Assembly (NCBI GenBank): GCA_964057225.1
Contig: OZ059896.1
Coordinates: 16,182,001-16,246,000, forward strand
Source of the DNA: Auanema rhodensis
Taxonomy: Eukaryota > Animalia > Nematoda
Length of the DNA stretch: 64,000 nucleotides
Direction of reading: 5' to 3'
In this document: positions 11,701-24,799 of the stretch, piece after piece
Numbering within the stretch: position 1 is the first letter of the stretch
Layout: each line of letters opens with the position of its first letter
The notes under the pieces: generated by a model
Told to the model about the DNA's origin: nothing
Database searches by the model: none
What the model saw: the letters and a program-made list of their open reading frames with translations, nothing else
Translations under genes and position numbers: made by a program

Positions 11701-14700
11701 AGCGAAAGCTATCAGAGCTTCAGGCCCATCAGGTCCCCGCGAAGTGATTGATAATCGACTGAAAGGAAAGAGTAGGACAAACATACATCGGAAAATTATT
11801 ACTTTGTGACAGAGTTAAGGTTAACTTGACTGTTTGGTGACTTTCCGCGGAAAACAGCTTGACCAAGCTCCTCCACAGAAACACCGAGAAGATTAGCAGC
11901 AACTTGAGCATGTTTGACCCGTAGGAACATAGCTTTTTGAGCCGTTCCTGGCGTAGAACCAGCGGCATGAAGATGCAAAATTGCAGCCAAAATAGAACAA
12001 ATAGCATTTAAGCAGGTATCATCAAATCCTAATTCAATTAAAGCTCCTAATAAGTGATTCCAGGCCTAAAATAAAACTTTAAGATCATTTTTTTTTCAAC
12101 TAGGAGTACTTCTCGAGCTCTCTCTTTCTCAGCAGTTTTATTGAAAGGTTTTATCGTAGGATTATCGATAGTATGAAGTTGGAGACGATCACGAAGCTCT
12201 CCTTCAACACCTTCCCACATATAGTAAAAAACATGGAAAGAGGAGTCACCGTCAGGACGACGATGAATGCGATCAGATTCAAGAAGACAAGCTTGTACCC
12301 GTGCAGATCTAAAAAATTATCAGCTGATACAACACTTTATTTTGAGAACTCACTTTAAAGCAGCAACTTTATCGAAACCTAAGGAAAAGAGATGCACAAA
12401 TCGGGTAGAATCGGAATGTAGAGGAGTCGCGCAGTGACCAAAAGCTTCCAAAACTCCAAGAGCAAGTGCCAGCTTCTCATCTAAATGAAGAAATATAATA
12501 TAAAATTAAAGAATAATCAATACAAGTAAGAGCTTTAGTCCATCCAGCAACAGAAGAAAGATAATGGACAAGGTTACGTAATTGTGTAGACTTTCCACTA
12601 CCGGTAACTCCCGTAAGAATAATGCTTTGAGCAAGTCCTGTCATTTGCAAATTTCTTAAACAAATTAGATGAAAAAACTAAATATATGTTAACAATACCT
12701 GTAAACTTGTTGAGCAGTAGCATATATATGAGCTGGCATTTGGCCTCGACGACAACCTTTAAAGAGGTTCACAAGTCTATCTTGAGCAGCAGATTCAACA
12801 CCATCAATCGAACAAACACAAAGCAAAGATTGTGATCCAGCATTAGAGTAAAGCAAATTGCTTCCAATTCTGGAAAGCAATAATATCATTTTTAAAACAC
12901 CAACTAGCAAAATTATACCTTTGTCTCAAAAGATGAACTGCACTAGTTTCATTTATATATGGCAAATTTGCAACATCAGGTGCTCGATCTAAGCGTGTAG
13001 GATTCGCTCTATCGATGTCTGTAGAATCCACAATCATGCTCCGACCAGCTACCTGTACCCTAGCACGTCCATCTTCAAGCATTTCATCCAGTCGAGCAAG
13101 AGTATATCCTCCCTTATGTACAAGCCAGTATCGCTGTTCTTCAGGAATATCCTATAAACTTAAACATATAAAGCTTAAAATTTCCAGAACCAACCGATTT
13201 GACATTGGTGTCAATGTTACTCAACAGCAAAGCATCACCTCCATCACGAACACCACGACGGCGATCACAAAACTCTGCTAACTCAGGTACAGCTTTAACA
13301 ACAAGCTCTAAATTAGATACGAATATGGAAATATGACGGTTAGAAACGAAATACCTATAGATTGACTGGCTAACCGTACCAATTCATGAAGTTCATCACG
13401 AGAAAGAGAATCAACATGATGACCGTCAATTTCAACTAATTCGTCACCAGGTAGCAAGCCATTTCTGAACCAATATAACAATTTAAACACAAGAATTATA
13501 AACAAACTTAATATCATCTGGTCGTGGAGGACCTGCGTGAATTTCTGTAGGTTCAGCGAAAACTACAGTTCTCAGTTCACCTTTCACACCAACGGGGATT
13601 TGAACTCTACGAATAGTAAACCCAAAATCACCTGAATGAATGGATATTGTGGTTATTGAAATTTATTAGCAAATGCAACCTGCAATACTCTTTTGTAATC
13701 TAAGTCTCCTAATCTTTACTTGGACTGGAGCTAATGATGGCAGTAACAGATCTTGAATACCAAAATCTTTGGGACATCCAAATAGAGATGAAGACGTAGA
13801 GGTAGATGTTACATCTGAAATTTTTGTTCAAAAAGAATTAAACAGTTAGAAAACCTTGGCCACACTGCTCACATAACGATATGCAACGCATTTTAACTGA
13901 CAATATGTCAGAATGATATGATCAAAGCAAAAGAATAGCGATATAAATACGTTTTGAAAAAGCCCAATGGTTCATAAACCTAGACCAAAGCAAATACTTG
14001 GAGGGAGAGAAGGGGTGAAATTGAGTGTAGAGAGGAACGGAAGAAGAACAAATGTGAAGGGGGATCGAAACAGATTATATGCATATGAGTTGAATGTCAT
14101 CAGGTTTATATGAATAAGAATAGACAGATTTGATAAACGTAAGTAATATGTAAATCTATAGAAACAAATATCCACAATGTTCTCTCGACTTTACATTACT
14201 CTTTTTGTACATATGTTGAATTACAACATTTTATAATTTGCAAAATAGCTCAAATGTAAATTGATATTAGGGAATATATATATATATTTGTTTTGTTTTT
14301 GTATAAATAATATCTTGAGTTCAGAAAAAAAGAAAGCAACCGCTCTGTGGCAAATAAAATTCTTTAATAAATACTATGACTGGTGGGTAGTGAGCATTTT
14401 AAATTTATGTGCAATAACAACAAGGTTTTGATAAAATTACTAATGGAAACATACCGTTTGCATACGTGTGGAAGCTTCGATCATTAAAAGATGAAACAAC
14501 TGGTGATTGAACAGTTTCCGTACAATTCAAAGGATTAGATGTTAAAAGAGTTCTGGTAGTTGTGGTTGTTGTTGTCGTAGTATCAGACGAGGAATTGTAA
14601 GTAGTGTGAGATGAATCACTAGTGAGCACAGTTCGTTTTGGGGGAACGGGTGGCTTTTTTATAATAACAGGAGCTTCTTCTTTCTCTTTTTCCTTCTTTC

Positions 14701-14713
14701 TACTGAAGAACAT
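5750..14713 (-). CDS. Unconventional myosin XVIII (MYO18A-like): PDZ, SH3-like, motor-like head, IQ, long coiled coil
   Basis: PDZ domain [11 protein letters not shown]...VVFAEP...[29 protein letters not shown]. Head motifs [58 protein letters not shown] and YRLGMSQV. Neck [26 protein letters not shown], then heptad-rich tail exons; last exon ends ...GTGISVL* at 5750. A 2-codon upstream exon at 16680-16685 is possible (see findings). Confidence 0.92.
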
Positions 14714-17171
14714 CTGAAATTCTAAATATAAAAGTTGGAATAGTAATACTCATAAGGTAGAGAGCATGTGCCAATCCAAAGAAAGACGTTAATAGTTGGG
14801 TGGAGAACATTGATAAGCATCTTATCATAGATATTCTGGTTCGAAATGGAAGAAAATGTCAAAAATAATAAACAATTATAAACTATTTGTCTTAAAATAA
14901 AAGAATTACAAAGAACAATTAAACTAATAAAGAAAAAGTATCGGAATATACAAAATGTTTCAAACTTTTTAGCCTGTAATTCAAAATGATTTCAACTAAA
15001 ACTTTCAGTAAATTAAATAAAATGAAATAAAAAGATAGAAAAAAGCAGTAAGAGAATATTCGAAGTTCGAAACTGAAAAGAGAAAAAGCGCGCGAGAAGT
15101 GGTGGAGGGGAAAGAGAATAGGCTCAGTATGTACAAATAAGGAATTGTGAAAAAACCGAGAACAAACTGTTAGCAGTGTTAGATGAGTACTGGTTTTTGG
15201 TAAAGTTAGTTTTCTTGTTAAACAAACAAAGTAAAAGCAGAATAATGAGGATATTCTCAATAAGAAATGAAAGTAAATGATAAGGATACTTTGTCAATAA
15301 CTACTCCAAAAAAACAATAATATTAAGTGACCAAGTGTTAAGACATATTCTGTACATAACTAAGGCATAAGACATAAAAACGAACATACGATTTATTTCT
15401 TGGGAAGAAAGAACTTGAGAACATCAAGAATCAGCTGTCATATCTTAGATCTTATTCAATTGATTCATCTCGCATTAATCTGTCCACTCATCTTAACTAA
15501 AACTATCAGTTCATGTAAATATCTGACAGTAAAGGAATCGTCAAAAGTGGCATGATTATCATGATGACTGTGTTGGTTGGATGTGGTAGCATTGAGAAAA
15601 CATGCGAACATTGCGAGAGAACCAGAGAAAGAAAACAAGCGAAAGAATGACTGGAAAGTAACATCGAGATTAGAGCAGGCGGGATGAGTCAGACAGCAAG
15701 TTATGTACATATCATTTGATTAAAACAATTGAAAAAACTTTAAATTAGAGATCAGAGTTTGGTAAGATGAGAGAAAAAACATATTGTGAGGGAATTCGAT
15801 TGTAGAAAAACTTAATCTCTCCTTTACTTTACGAAATAAAATTTAAGAGATTAAGAGAAAAAATAAGGTGCAAGTAAACTAACAAACCAGGATCAACAGA
15901 CATTCACTCTTCACAACAACAGCAAGGATTCGTGTCAAACGAGAACATATAGATTCGTTTTTGACCTTGATAAAAATCAGAACGATTTCGGATGGATGTA
16001 TAGAATTTAAAAGACTAAGAGTTTTTCAAATAAAAACAAACATACAATTGTAGAAAAGAATTAAAAATAACTTCTGGCGACAACAGGATATGAGATTTAA
16101 CAAAAAATATACAGTCATATAAGTGCAAACGATAGTGTAACGAAACTCCTTTAGCGCATCCATCTTTATCTAGGACCACGGTGACCGTCAGAAAAGTCCT
16201 TTTGAGAGAGACGATAGGGCCGACCAGCGGACCAAATAAGAGTTGAATTAGAGAGGACCACAGCAAAATATAGAGAGGGCGATTATTGAAAAAGAAGAGA
16301 GATGAGAGGTGAGCAGCCTTGAACGAAACTGTCGTCAACCACGATCGGCCGGCGCGCACACACCGGCTGATTCGCCTCAATTGCTATATCGGGGCTACAT
16401 ACACAAAGAGAATCACAGAGACACGCAGACATTCCTCCACAGCATACGCACAATGAGGACAGAAGTTCGGAGAGAACAAGAAGAAGCATAACCAAACAAA
16501 GTAAATTGGTCGACATCGTCTTTAAGCTCAACAAAAAATTCCAGAGAAATTGGCAATAAGATTGGCTCAGAGAGTAAAATCGAGGTACTCTAAGAAATAA
16601 AATAAAATAATTGCCAAGAAGGCATTTCTATTGTAATAGGTGAGTCAATCTGGAAAGATTTAAAGTAGTAATTACATACCGGCATAACTGTTTTTTTTTA
16701 ATTTTTTGTTTTTACTTGAACTTTTTCTCTCTGAATAAAAGAAAATAATATAATAATATATTACTTTAAATTATACTAGAAATATTTCGAACAGACGAGG
16801 CAGAGGAAAACGTTAATTTTCAAAAATAGAATTTATAGAATATTAAAAATCAACCTGAAACTATCACAGCCTAACGTTATGAATGGGAAATAAATACAAA
16901 AAATAAATGGGATTACTATTGTGTAGGTTGTGAACAAAGATCTTAACACGTAGATTTAAATAATCTGTCAACGGGTAAATCTCACCAGTTTGTAAAAAGG
17001 AAAACTTAGAGTAAAACAAAGCTAAAACGTCTGTAGAAAATAGGCACCAAGTGAAAATATTTTGGCAAAATGTATGGGAATACCTATAACGAGAAACACC
17101 AGAAATTAAATCCAAAGGAAAACATTAAAATCTAATTTGATGAAACAATTGAACCAAGAAGGAATGAATTT

Positions 17172-18538
17172 TTACTCGTCATTTGTGTTATCACCAGAAT
17201 CAGGCTCTGGAATTGAACGAATTTGCCCAACAGCAGCTCCTTCAGCAATACGTCTGATGGGATTATCGGACTTTCGCCAGAGAGTAACTTCCTAAAATAT
17301 TGCAGTGATGCTAACTACAAATAAAAATATTCTCACCTGTTGCTTGAAATATCTACGGTCTTCTTCGTCAACCAATACAAGGTTTAACAGATACTTTACA
17401 GTAAACTTCTTAGCTACTTCTCGCATAGTCGGAGTTAAATCATAGCCACCGAGGAAAAGGCGGATTGGAATAGTTTCTCCTATAATTAAATCAAATGAAA
17501 CCAAACTGAAAACAATAATACCTCTCACAGGAGCACCATCCATAATTTCAAACTTAGCCACAGTCTCATTTTCTTTAAACGTATTGGGACCGGCGCCAAC
17601 TACTTCTGTCTTGATAATAGCAATTTCCATGTATTTAATTTTGATTCGAACTAGCAGAAAATAAATCTTTCCGACAATAACATCCTTTAAATGATACCTT
17701 CAAAATTTTTTGTTAAAATTAAAATTAAAGCTATCAACTTTACTTGTTTTTATTATATTCGAATTCAATGTGTAGGCAATCTTCTATTCCAACTTCCATT
17801 TTAATGTTATTATCAGAGTTTGGATAAGCACTTAAGGTGTGAACAATCAATTCCATTTCTTTTGTAATGTCAGTAATCCGTCTTACAATAGTCACACGTA
17901 GAAAATATCTTAAAGCAAACATTTCAGAAGAATGAAAAACTATTAAACAATAACCTCAACTTTACATTCGTTCCCATGTATGACTCATAAGGCTTCTCAA
18001 CATTATTAAAAGCGAATTGGAAAGATTTGTTGGACGTTAATTCTCCAGGTCTAGCAAGCTCATATGATAGGGATATGAAATCTTGCTGATTTCCTCGATC
18101 ATAATAAACTTCTGAAGCGAAAAAAAAAAAGCATGATGAATATAAATTAACAAGTATTCTTACCTATTTGCCCAATGAACTCAACACGAATACCGTGATG
18201 TTCCAACTTCTGGTTTGCCTTTTTCAGGGCTACGTTTACGGTTCCAGATACGGTTTCACCATCGTAAAATAGATAATGTGTTTCCATTTGACCATCGTCG
18301 CCGCGAATTTTCGCTACCTAAAGCAATAATTTTTATACCAAATATTAATGTTGTGTTTATTACTTTTCTGCTTTCTTCATTATCCAGCTTAATTGTTATG
18401 TCCGCAGACTGACCAAATGCAAAAAACATCGCCTAAACAATAACAAAAATCAGAAAAACTATAAATAAAATAATATTATAATTTAATCATCACGGAACAA
18501 ATAAATAATTAAAAGTTCACTGTAATAAAGCTCACCAT
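17172..18538 (-). CDS. vps-26: Retromer subunit VPS26
   Basis: ATG|gtgag first exon, then AMFFAFGQSADITIKL...YDGETVSG...LEHHGIRVEFIGQ...KPYESYMGTNVKLRYFLRVT...IKMEVGIEDCLHIEFEYNK...EIMDGAPVRGETIPIRLFL...YLLNLVLVDEEDRRYFKQQEVTLWRK. These are near-invariant VPS26 motifs. Confidence 0.97.
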
Positions 18539-20386
18539 AATGGAGATCTAAGTATTATACAGAAAGCAGTAAAACTCTTCTTCGAGCAGTTGAAATATAA
18601 TCAAATACACAATTCGCTTCTCTATTACGCACAGTTAGATAGAATAAAAGCCGATTCTCTTGCCCAATTCTATCACAAACTATATTCTACGCCATCGACA
18701 AATCAAAAAGACCTGAATAAATCTTGATACATTATAAAATACTTTAGAAAAAAGGAAATACATTAATAAATTTGTGAATAATCATACATTGAAAGCGCGT
18801 TCTAAAGGCTGAAAATTTTAAAGCAAATGCAACCGAAATATAAACAAAATGAAACCGAAATAAACAGAAAGCAAACGAGCGCATGCATTTTGGGGCGGGG
18901 TATCCGCGCAAATGCCTCATGAAATTGGAGGTGGGATTTAAAAATCGCTGCAAGAGAAGCTGTCTTTACATATAAAATCAATTCGTATTACTAAATTCAA
19001 GTAAGCTCCAGTGAGGTAGAAAAATGATAAACTGATATGTTGCATTTCCTCATGAATTATCATTTGAGCCTTATTTTTTCTTCGGGCTAAATTTGGTTTT
19101 AGGCGCTATCAATTTTTGGGGAGAACTAGTTTTGTTACGATGATCTCAGTTTAGTGCTGTTGGACTTTGCATTCTACTTAGTTCACGCATTGAAAGTACT
19201 TAATATTGGCCAATGATACTTTTCTAATTCTTAATCTCTTATGCAACAATTATTCTGCGGCGACTAAGATTTGTTTGTCAGCATGTCTGTTGTTACCTTT
19301 TCATTTAGGTTTTTTAGTATATTTGATCAACTTACAATGAAAATGCCTCATATTTACTTTGCTACTCTATGGGCCAGCGCATACTTAGTTTCTTCGATAT
19401 TTAGCCGAATTGATTAGTTCAAGCTGGAAGCTTCTCGTTTTTATTCTTTTGCTCACCCTCTTTTAACTCGACTCTTATGCTCGTCAATGTCAGTTTTCGT
19501 TTATCCTCTTCATTATTTATATGATAGATATATTATGAAATATTCATTTATTTTCCCAAGAGTTTATAGTATTATTTTAAAAAGTTTTATTCAATTTCTA
19601 TCGATATTTTTAAACATAGACTAATGTGACCGGAAGTACTTTCGCTGCGAAATGAGGGGTGGGTGGATGGTGTCATATTATGACGTTTCTTGTTGTTTTT
19701 CATTGTTTTTTATCCTTTTCTTTCTCTTATTCACTTTTCACATTTCTGTTTTCATTGATTAAGCATTTTTTTGTTGAGCAGGTAAAATTTTTAACATAAA
19801 GTTTGATAAGTTTTATCAGATTCCTCAGTGTGTTTTTTCAATTACATCGATCTCTACCAATTCATTAACCACAAATTTCTTTGTATTTTTTAATCACTTA
19901 TTATATTCAATTTAATATTGTCTTTTCATTCAATCATCAATATATCTGCACTAATTTTTAAAATGATGTAATAAGTGCGTGAAAGATCTAAAAGTATTTT
20001 CTGGTTTATTTTTACTGTTTTTATTAACTTTTCAGAATCTTTATTCATTGTTACATTGTTTCTACATAGACATTTTATAACTTCATTCGTATTTTTCTTT
20101 TACAACGCCTAACAGCTGTCTGTTATCTATTACTCTGGCTCGCTTATATTATGTCCTTAGAGTCTATTGAGGTCGAAAGTTCTTTAAAATCATTTTATCT
20201 CCTTTTTGGCGAAACGCCTTTGTACTAATCTCTCATCATTCATTCAGATGAAGATTTTCTTTTCTTATTGAATGCACACAACTTCTCATTTGCGATACAT
20301 CGTCTCCGCACTATTGATTCGCAATTGCCTTCTTTTTAACGACACTTAAGTAAGAAATTCCAGGAAGTTACTAGCCTCTTACAACC

Positions 20387-22707
20387 ATGGCTGCAACAGA
20401 ATCTCTTATGGAAGGAGGCCAAGCCTCTTATGAAAAGGTATGTTTAAAAGTTTTTTCTCCAACATATTTATATTTTTAGAATGGGGAAAAGGTCAATTTC
20501 GAACTTCAACCCAAAAATATCGGGCTCACCAAGGAGCAATTAGAAGCCTATAGGAATGATCCGTTCTGGAAACCTGTTAGGTATTCAATTTGACTTTAAA
20601 CTAAATCTTATCGTCCATGTTTAGGACGGTATTATTTGCCGTGTTCTGGCTATCATGGATCGCTATGTTTGTAGCAGCAATTGCCATCGTTGTACTATCT
20701 CCAAAATGTGCTGAAAAAGAACAACCAATTTGGTGGCAGACCAAGATGTCGTACCAGGTTTGTAGCTTCGTTATAATGATATTTATGTGATTATATAGAT
20801 TATTCCGGCTTTATCTTTAATCCTACTAATGCTTTCAGCTTTCGGTTCCCCTATTCCGTGATTCGGATGGAAATGGCGTTGGAGATTTCAATGGAGTTAC
20901 TGAAAAGCTTGAATTACTACGTAAAATTGGAGTTAATACGATCCATCCAAAGCCTGTGGTTGAACTTGAGGATGTGAGTTCAGTTTTCCAGTTTATATAG
21001 CAGTGTGCCATTTATAGAATGTTTTCTTTGATTCTTATGCTGTTATTGACCATAGCAAAGTTGATAAGCGATTCGGAAGTGAAGAAGACTTCAAGAAACT
21101 TGTCCAAGCCGTTCATGACAGAGGTTTGCTGTATAATTACCATGACTTTATCATTTGTTTGTTTTCAGATATGTATATTGTTATGGACTTACCAATTTCA
21201 TCTGTTTCTAACAAGAATGCTTGGTTCGTGAATGGTGATACTGATAAATTCATTATTGCTCGTCCCAATGAACTTAATTCTCCCAACTATTTTGATTGGC
21301 CAGGAAAGAATGGAACTAAGTAGAGTTGTCTCTGCAATTTGTTCTATTAGCTTTGTCTTCACAGGTATATGGGAGCGCCAGATGCCAGCCATCCTGCCCT
21401 TAATTGGGATTCTGAACCTCTCCGTGAAGCTATCGTTAACATTACTAAGAAATACCTTCTATTGGGTGTAGATGGGTTCCACTTCGACAAAATTGGGGAG
21501 TTGTCTGGTACTACTAAAGATAATGATGCGGTAATGATCTTCTTTTGGAATAATTTTTCATATATTTTGTTTTAGAGATTCAAAAAATCAATGGCTGTTT
21601 ACCGCATGTTAGCTCGTATTATTCGTGATGTTGCAGGTGAAAATGAAGATATTAAACAAAAAAATATGTACGGCAACCATTGTTAACTTCTCACCAACAA
21701 TTTTCTTATTTTCAGTGTCGTGTTCTCTTCTTTGACTGGTTTTGAAGATAGGATTGGAAATGTTGCTGAGTTTGATAATCCAAATATCATTGATACTTCG
21801 TTCACCAAGATATCTAATATAACCTGCAAAGCTGACATTGCTACTTGTGTACACACAAAATTGCAAAAATCTCTAGGGGATGTCACCAAATATTACTGGC
21901 AATTTGAAAATGCTGAAACCTCTCGTCTCGCCAGCAGGTTTGACAGTGAAACTGCTAATCTTCTGACAATGCTTGAGGTTAGATTCGTGTACATCTCAAC
22001 AACAAAAACATATATTGCAGTTGACTCTCCCCGGAGCCATCGCTCTCAATTATGGCCAGGAAATCGGCATGAAGGATGCTAAGACCGTACACCAAAATGG
22101 TATTATGAAATGGAATTCTGATGCCAACAGTGGTTTCTCTGAGACTGGAAAGCTCTCAGAAGGTTTTGAAATCGAAGAAACTAGCGACGATTACGATGTA
22201 AACTGTTTTTTGGAAATGTTGCTAATTTTTTTGGAATTTCTAGAAACAATATTCTATTGAAAGCTCTACACTCAAGATTGTTCAAAAGTTAGCCAAACTT
22301 CGTCAGAGAGATGAGGTTATGCGTCAAGGTGCAATTAATACCGTAAAAATTGATAATGTCGTCGGAATTGGACGATTTATGTCTAACAATGGAACTGTCA
22401 GTGGATCCGTATGTTTTGTCGATTTTCTTAAGTTTTATTTTGATAAATTGTAGGTTTACCTTGGCGTGTTTAATTTTGGAAATGAAACTGCAGACTTAAA
22501 GTTCAACAGTTTCGAGCAAATTTTGCCCGAAAAAGATTTCTCATCTGGAGAGGTTTGCAAAGCTGCCATACAATTTTTTCGTATTAGCGTACTTTTTAGA
22601 TTGTTGCTGTTACTGCTGGAGTTCAAGACTTGCGTTCTCGTCAGAAAGTTGAATATACTGGAGCATTCACATTGCCATCAAAGCAGGGTGCTCTTATTAA
22701 GTTCTAA
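20387..22707 (+). CDS. atgp-1: SLC3-family amino-acid transporter heavy chain (rBAT/4F2hc-like, GH13 fold); most like atgp-1
   Basis: MAATESLMEGG...IGLTKEQLEAYRNDPFWKPVRTVLFAVFWLSWIAMFVAAIAIVVLSPKC...WWQ (type II TM plus the light-chain Cys), FRDSDGNGVGDFNGVTEKL, GVDGFHFD and LPGAIALNYGQEIGM. The paralogue choice (atgp-1 vs atgp-2) is from memory. Confidence 0.88.
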
Positions 22708-24082
22708 TAACTTATATGAAGAATGAAAAAGATAGGCTCATATTATGAGAGCCACATGGCTGATATTGTTTCTTTTTCATAGAAAAACAATTTTTTTTTC
22801 TAAATAAATGTTTATGTTTTGAGTCCTTAGTAATTTTCGAATTTGTTCACTGATCATCATGTGGTGGCTTCGCCAATTCACATGAGATTTCATATAATAG
22901 GTAAAGAGTTAAAGAATAAAAAAGAGAAAAGCAAAAACAAAGAATGGGAATGTTATGATTATTGAAAATTCAATTGATAAGGCAACGAGAAAGTGGAGAA
23001 ACAGAACGAGCTTTTCATCTCATCAGACAACCCACAGAACCTCAAGTATACCACAATTCTTTCTAATATTCGTATCTTCAGCTGTTTCAATCGGCAGTTT
23101 CTGGAGTTTTTTAGAAGTCCAGCTTGTATGTAGGTGTCTGCTTCTCAATGTGTCAATTCGATTAAAATATTCTGAATCGTCAACTAGTAATCTTATAGAA
23201 ATAATCAAGATTATGTCCCACTGACTGCATAAGGCTATGGTTTCGTGAATTCTCTGTAACTCTTTCTAGTTTTACATTGTGCTTCTCTCTCTTCTTCTTT
23301 CTCTTGTTTCGTTTATAGTATTCTACCTTTCATTTTCAACTCCTGTATTTTTTCTTGGTTCAACCGTTTTTGCCTTTCTATCTGAAAGGTATCTCTCACA
23401 TCTGATAATCTTTGTACTATGTGTCTCAACTAACAACACCACAATAACAAACAATAACAACAATCTGATACTAAACTACATAGCACACCATAAATCCTTC
23501 AATTATGTGAAAAACAATCTTTTTTATTCTGAAACAATTTTTCTCATTTTGAGCAAACTGTTTGAACTGGTGATGATCCTCATGATTATGATTTCATCAT
23601 AATTGTGTTCTGATATCTTATGTTCAAACCTCCATTATCTCTGTGTATGTTTCAATTGTATTGTTACTTGTTGTAATTGGCACAGATTATCAATTGGAAC
23701 CGATTGGCTCATATATTCCTCTACTTTGCTCGACTCCACCTCTTTCGATTCGCGTTTGTGGCAAGAACAGTTCTGCCAGTCTTCTCGACTCAATCAGGAC
23801 GTCTCCCGCTCTTGTCTTCCCTTCTACCAGCTTCTGTTCTCACAACTGTTAGAATTTAATTCTAGAAATCAAGAGAACGAGTATGAGAGTGAGAAGTATG
23901 TGTAGAGAGATTAAGAGAGCTCTGAATGCAGTTTGCGAAGAATTCCCACCATAATCGCATGTTGTTACTATTTCTAATGTAAGAAAGATGGTAGGCAAGA
24001 GAAATATTTTCTCAAATTTTAACTCCCACTTCGCGATAACTATGGTTCCAAAGACGACTTCATATTATCGTTATTTCATATC

Positions 24083-24159
24083 CTTTCTTTCTCTCTCTCT
24101 CTCTCTCTTTTTCTCTTTCTCTTTTTCTTTCTCTCTCTCTTTTTCTCTTTCTCTCTCTC

Positions 24160-24213
<54 letters not shown>

Positions 24214-24234
24214 TCTCTCTCTCTCTCCCTCTCT
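24083..24234. repeat. Imperfect (CT)n / polypyrimidine microsatellite upstream of the SLC22 gene
   Basis: About 150 nt of CT dinucleotides and T runs. It explains the spurious SLSLSL and ERERER ORFs. Confidence 0.97.
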
Positions 24235-24799
24235 AGGTATCTCTCTTAGTGTGGTCCTATTTATTTCTAATTTCACATATAGTTGATTCCCTTCAAACAT
24301 CACAGTTTCTTTTTGTTATTATGTTATCCTACCATTTTCTGCTTTTCTTTTTTTTGTTGATAAACCGATATACATAGATACACGGTGATATAGTTTATTA
24401 TTTTTAAAATTTCAAATAGGTTTGGTTCAAACACAAACAGACAAAAAAAACCGACAGATATGGGTTATAAAACAATTTGTAAAAACTAGAATAAAGTATA
24501 TAATATAGTGACGATTGGATGAAATCCGTATGGGATGGGTATGGTCGACACACCAGGTACTGCGGCACCATCGTAGCCTCTCTATACTGCCTCCCTATGT
24601 CCGTTCTATTTATTTATGTTTTCCATTACTTAACAAGCGATTTCAATAGCTATTTATGATTTATAATAATATTAACACGTTTGTTGTACTTCTTAGTGTG
24701 TCGTATGGCATTCACTCATATATACATATATACTCATATCAACTCTTCTTACTTTTTCATTCTGTTTTTAGTTTCCTATTTTCCCTCTCTTTAGCTAGC

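Noticed and set aside
16861-16890. Plus-strand TATCACAGCC as a miR-2-family gene (also TATCACAG at ~58603)
   Set aside because: No complementary arm nearby to form a precursor hairpin; better read as a target site on the minus strand.
19964-19972. TGATGTAAT amino-acid-response-element-like site upstream of atgp
   Set aside because: AT-rich 9-mer in AT-rich DNA; not distinguishable from chance without conservation data.
23988-24303. SLSLSL and ERERER ORFs (also 28491-28739 and 42670-42954)
   Set aside because: Translations of (CT)n/(GA)n microsatellites.
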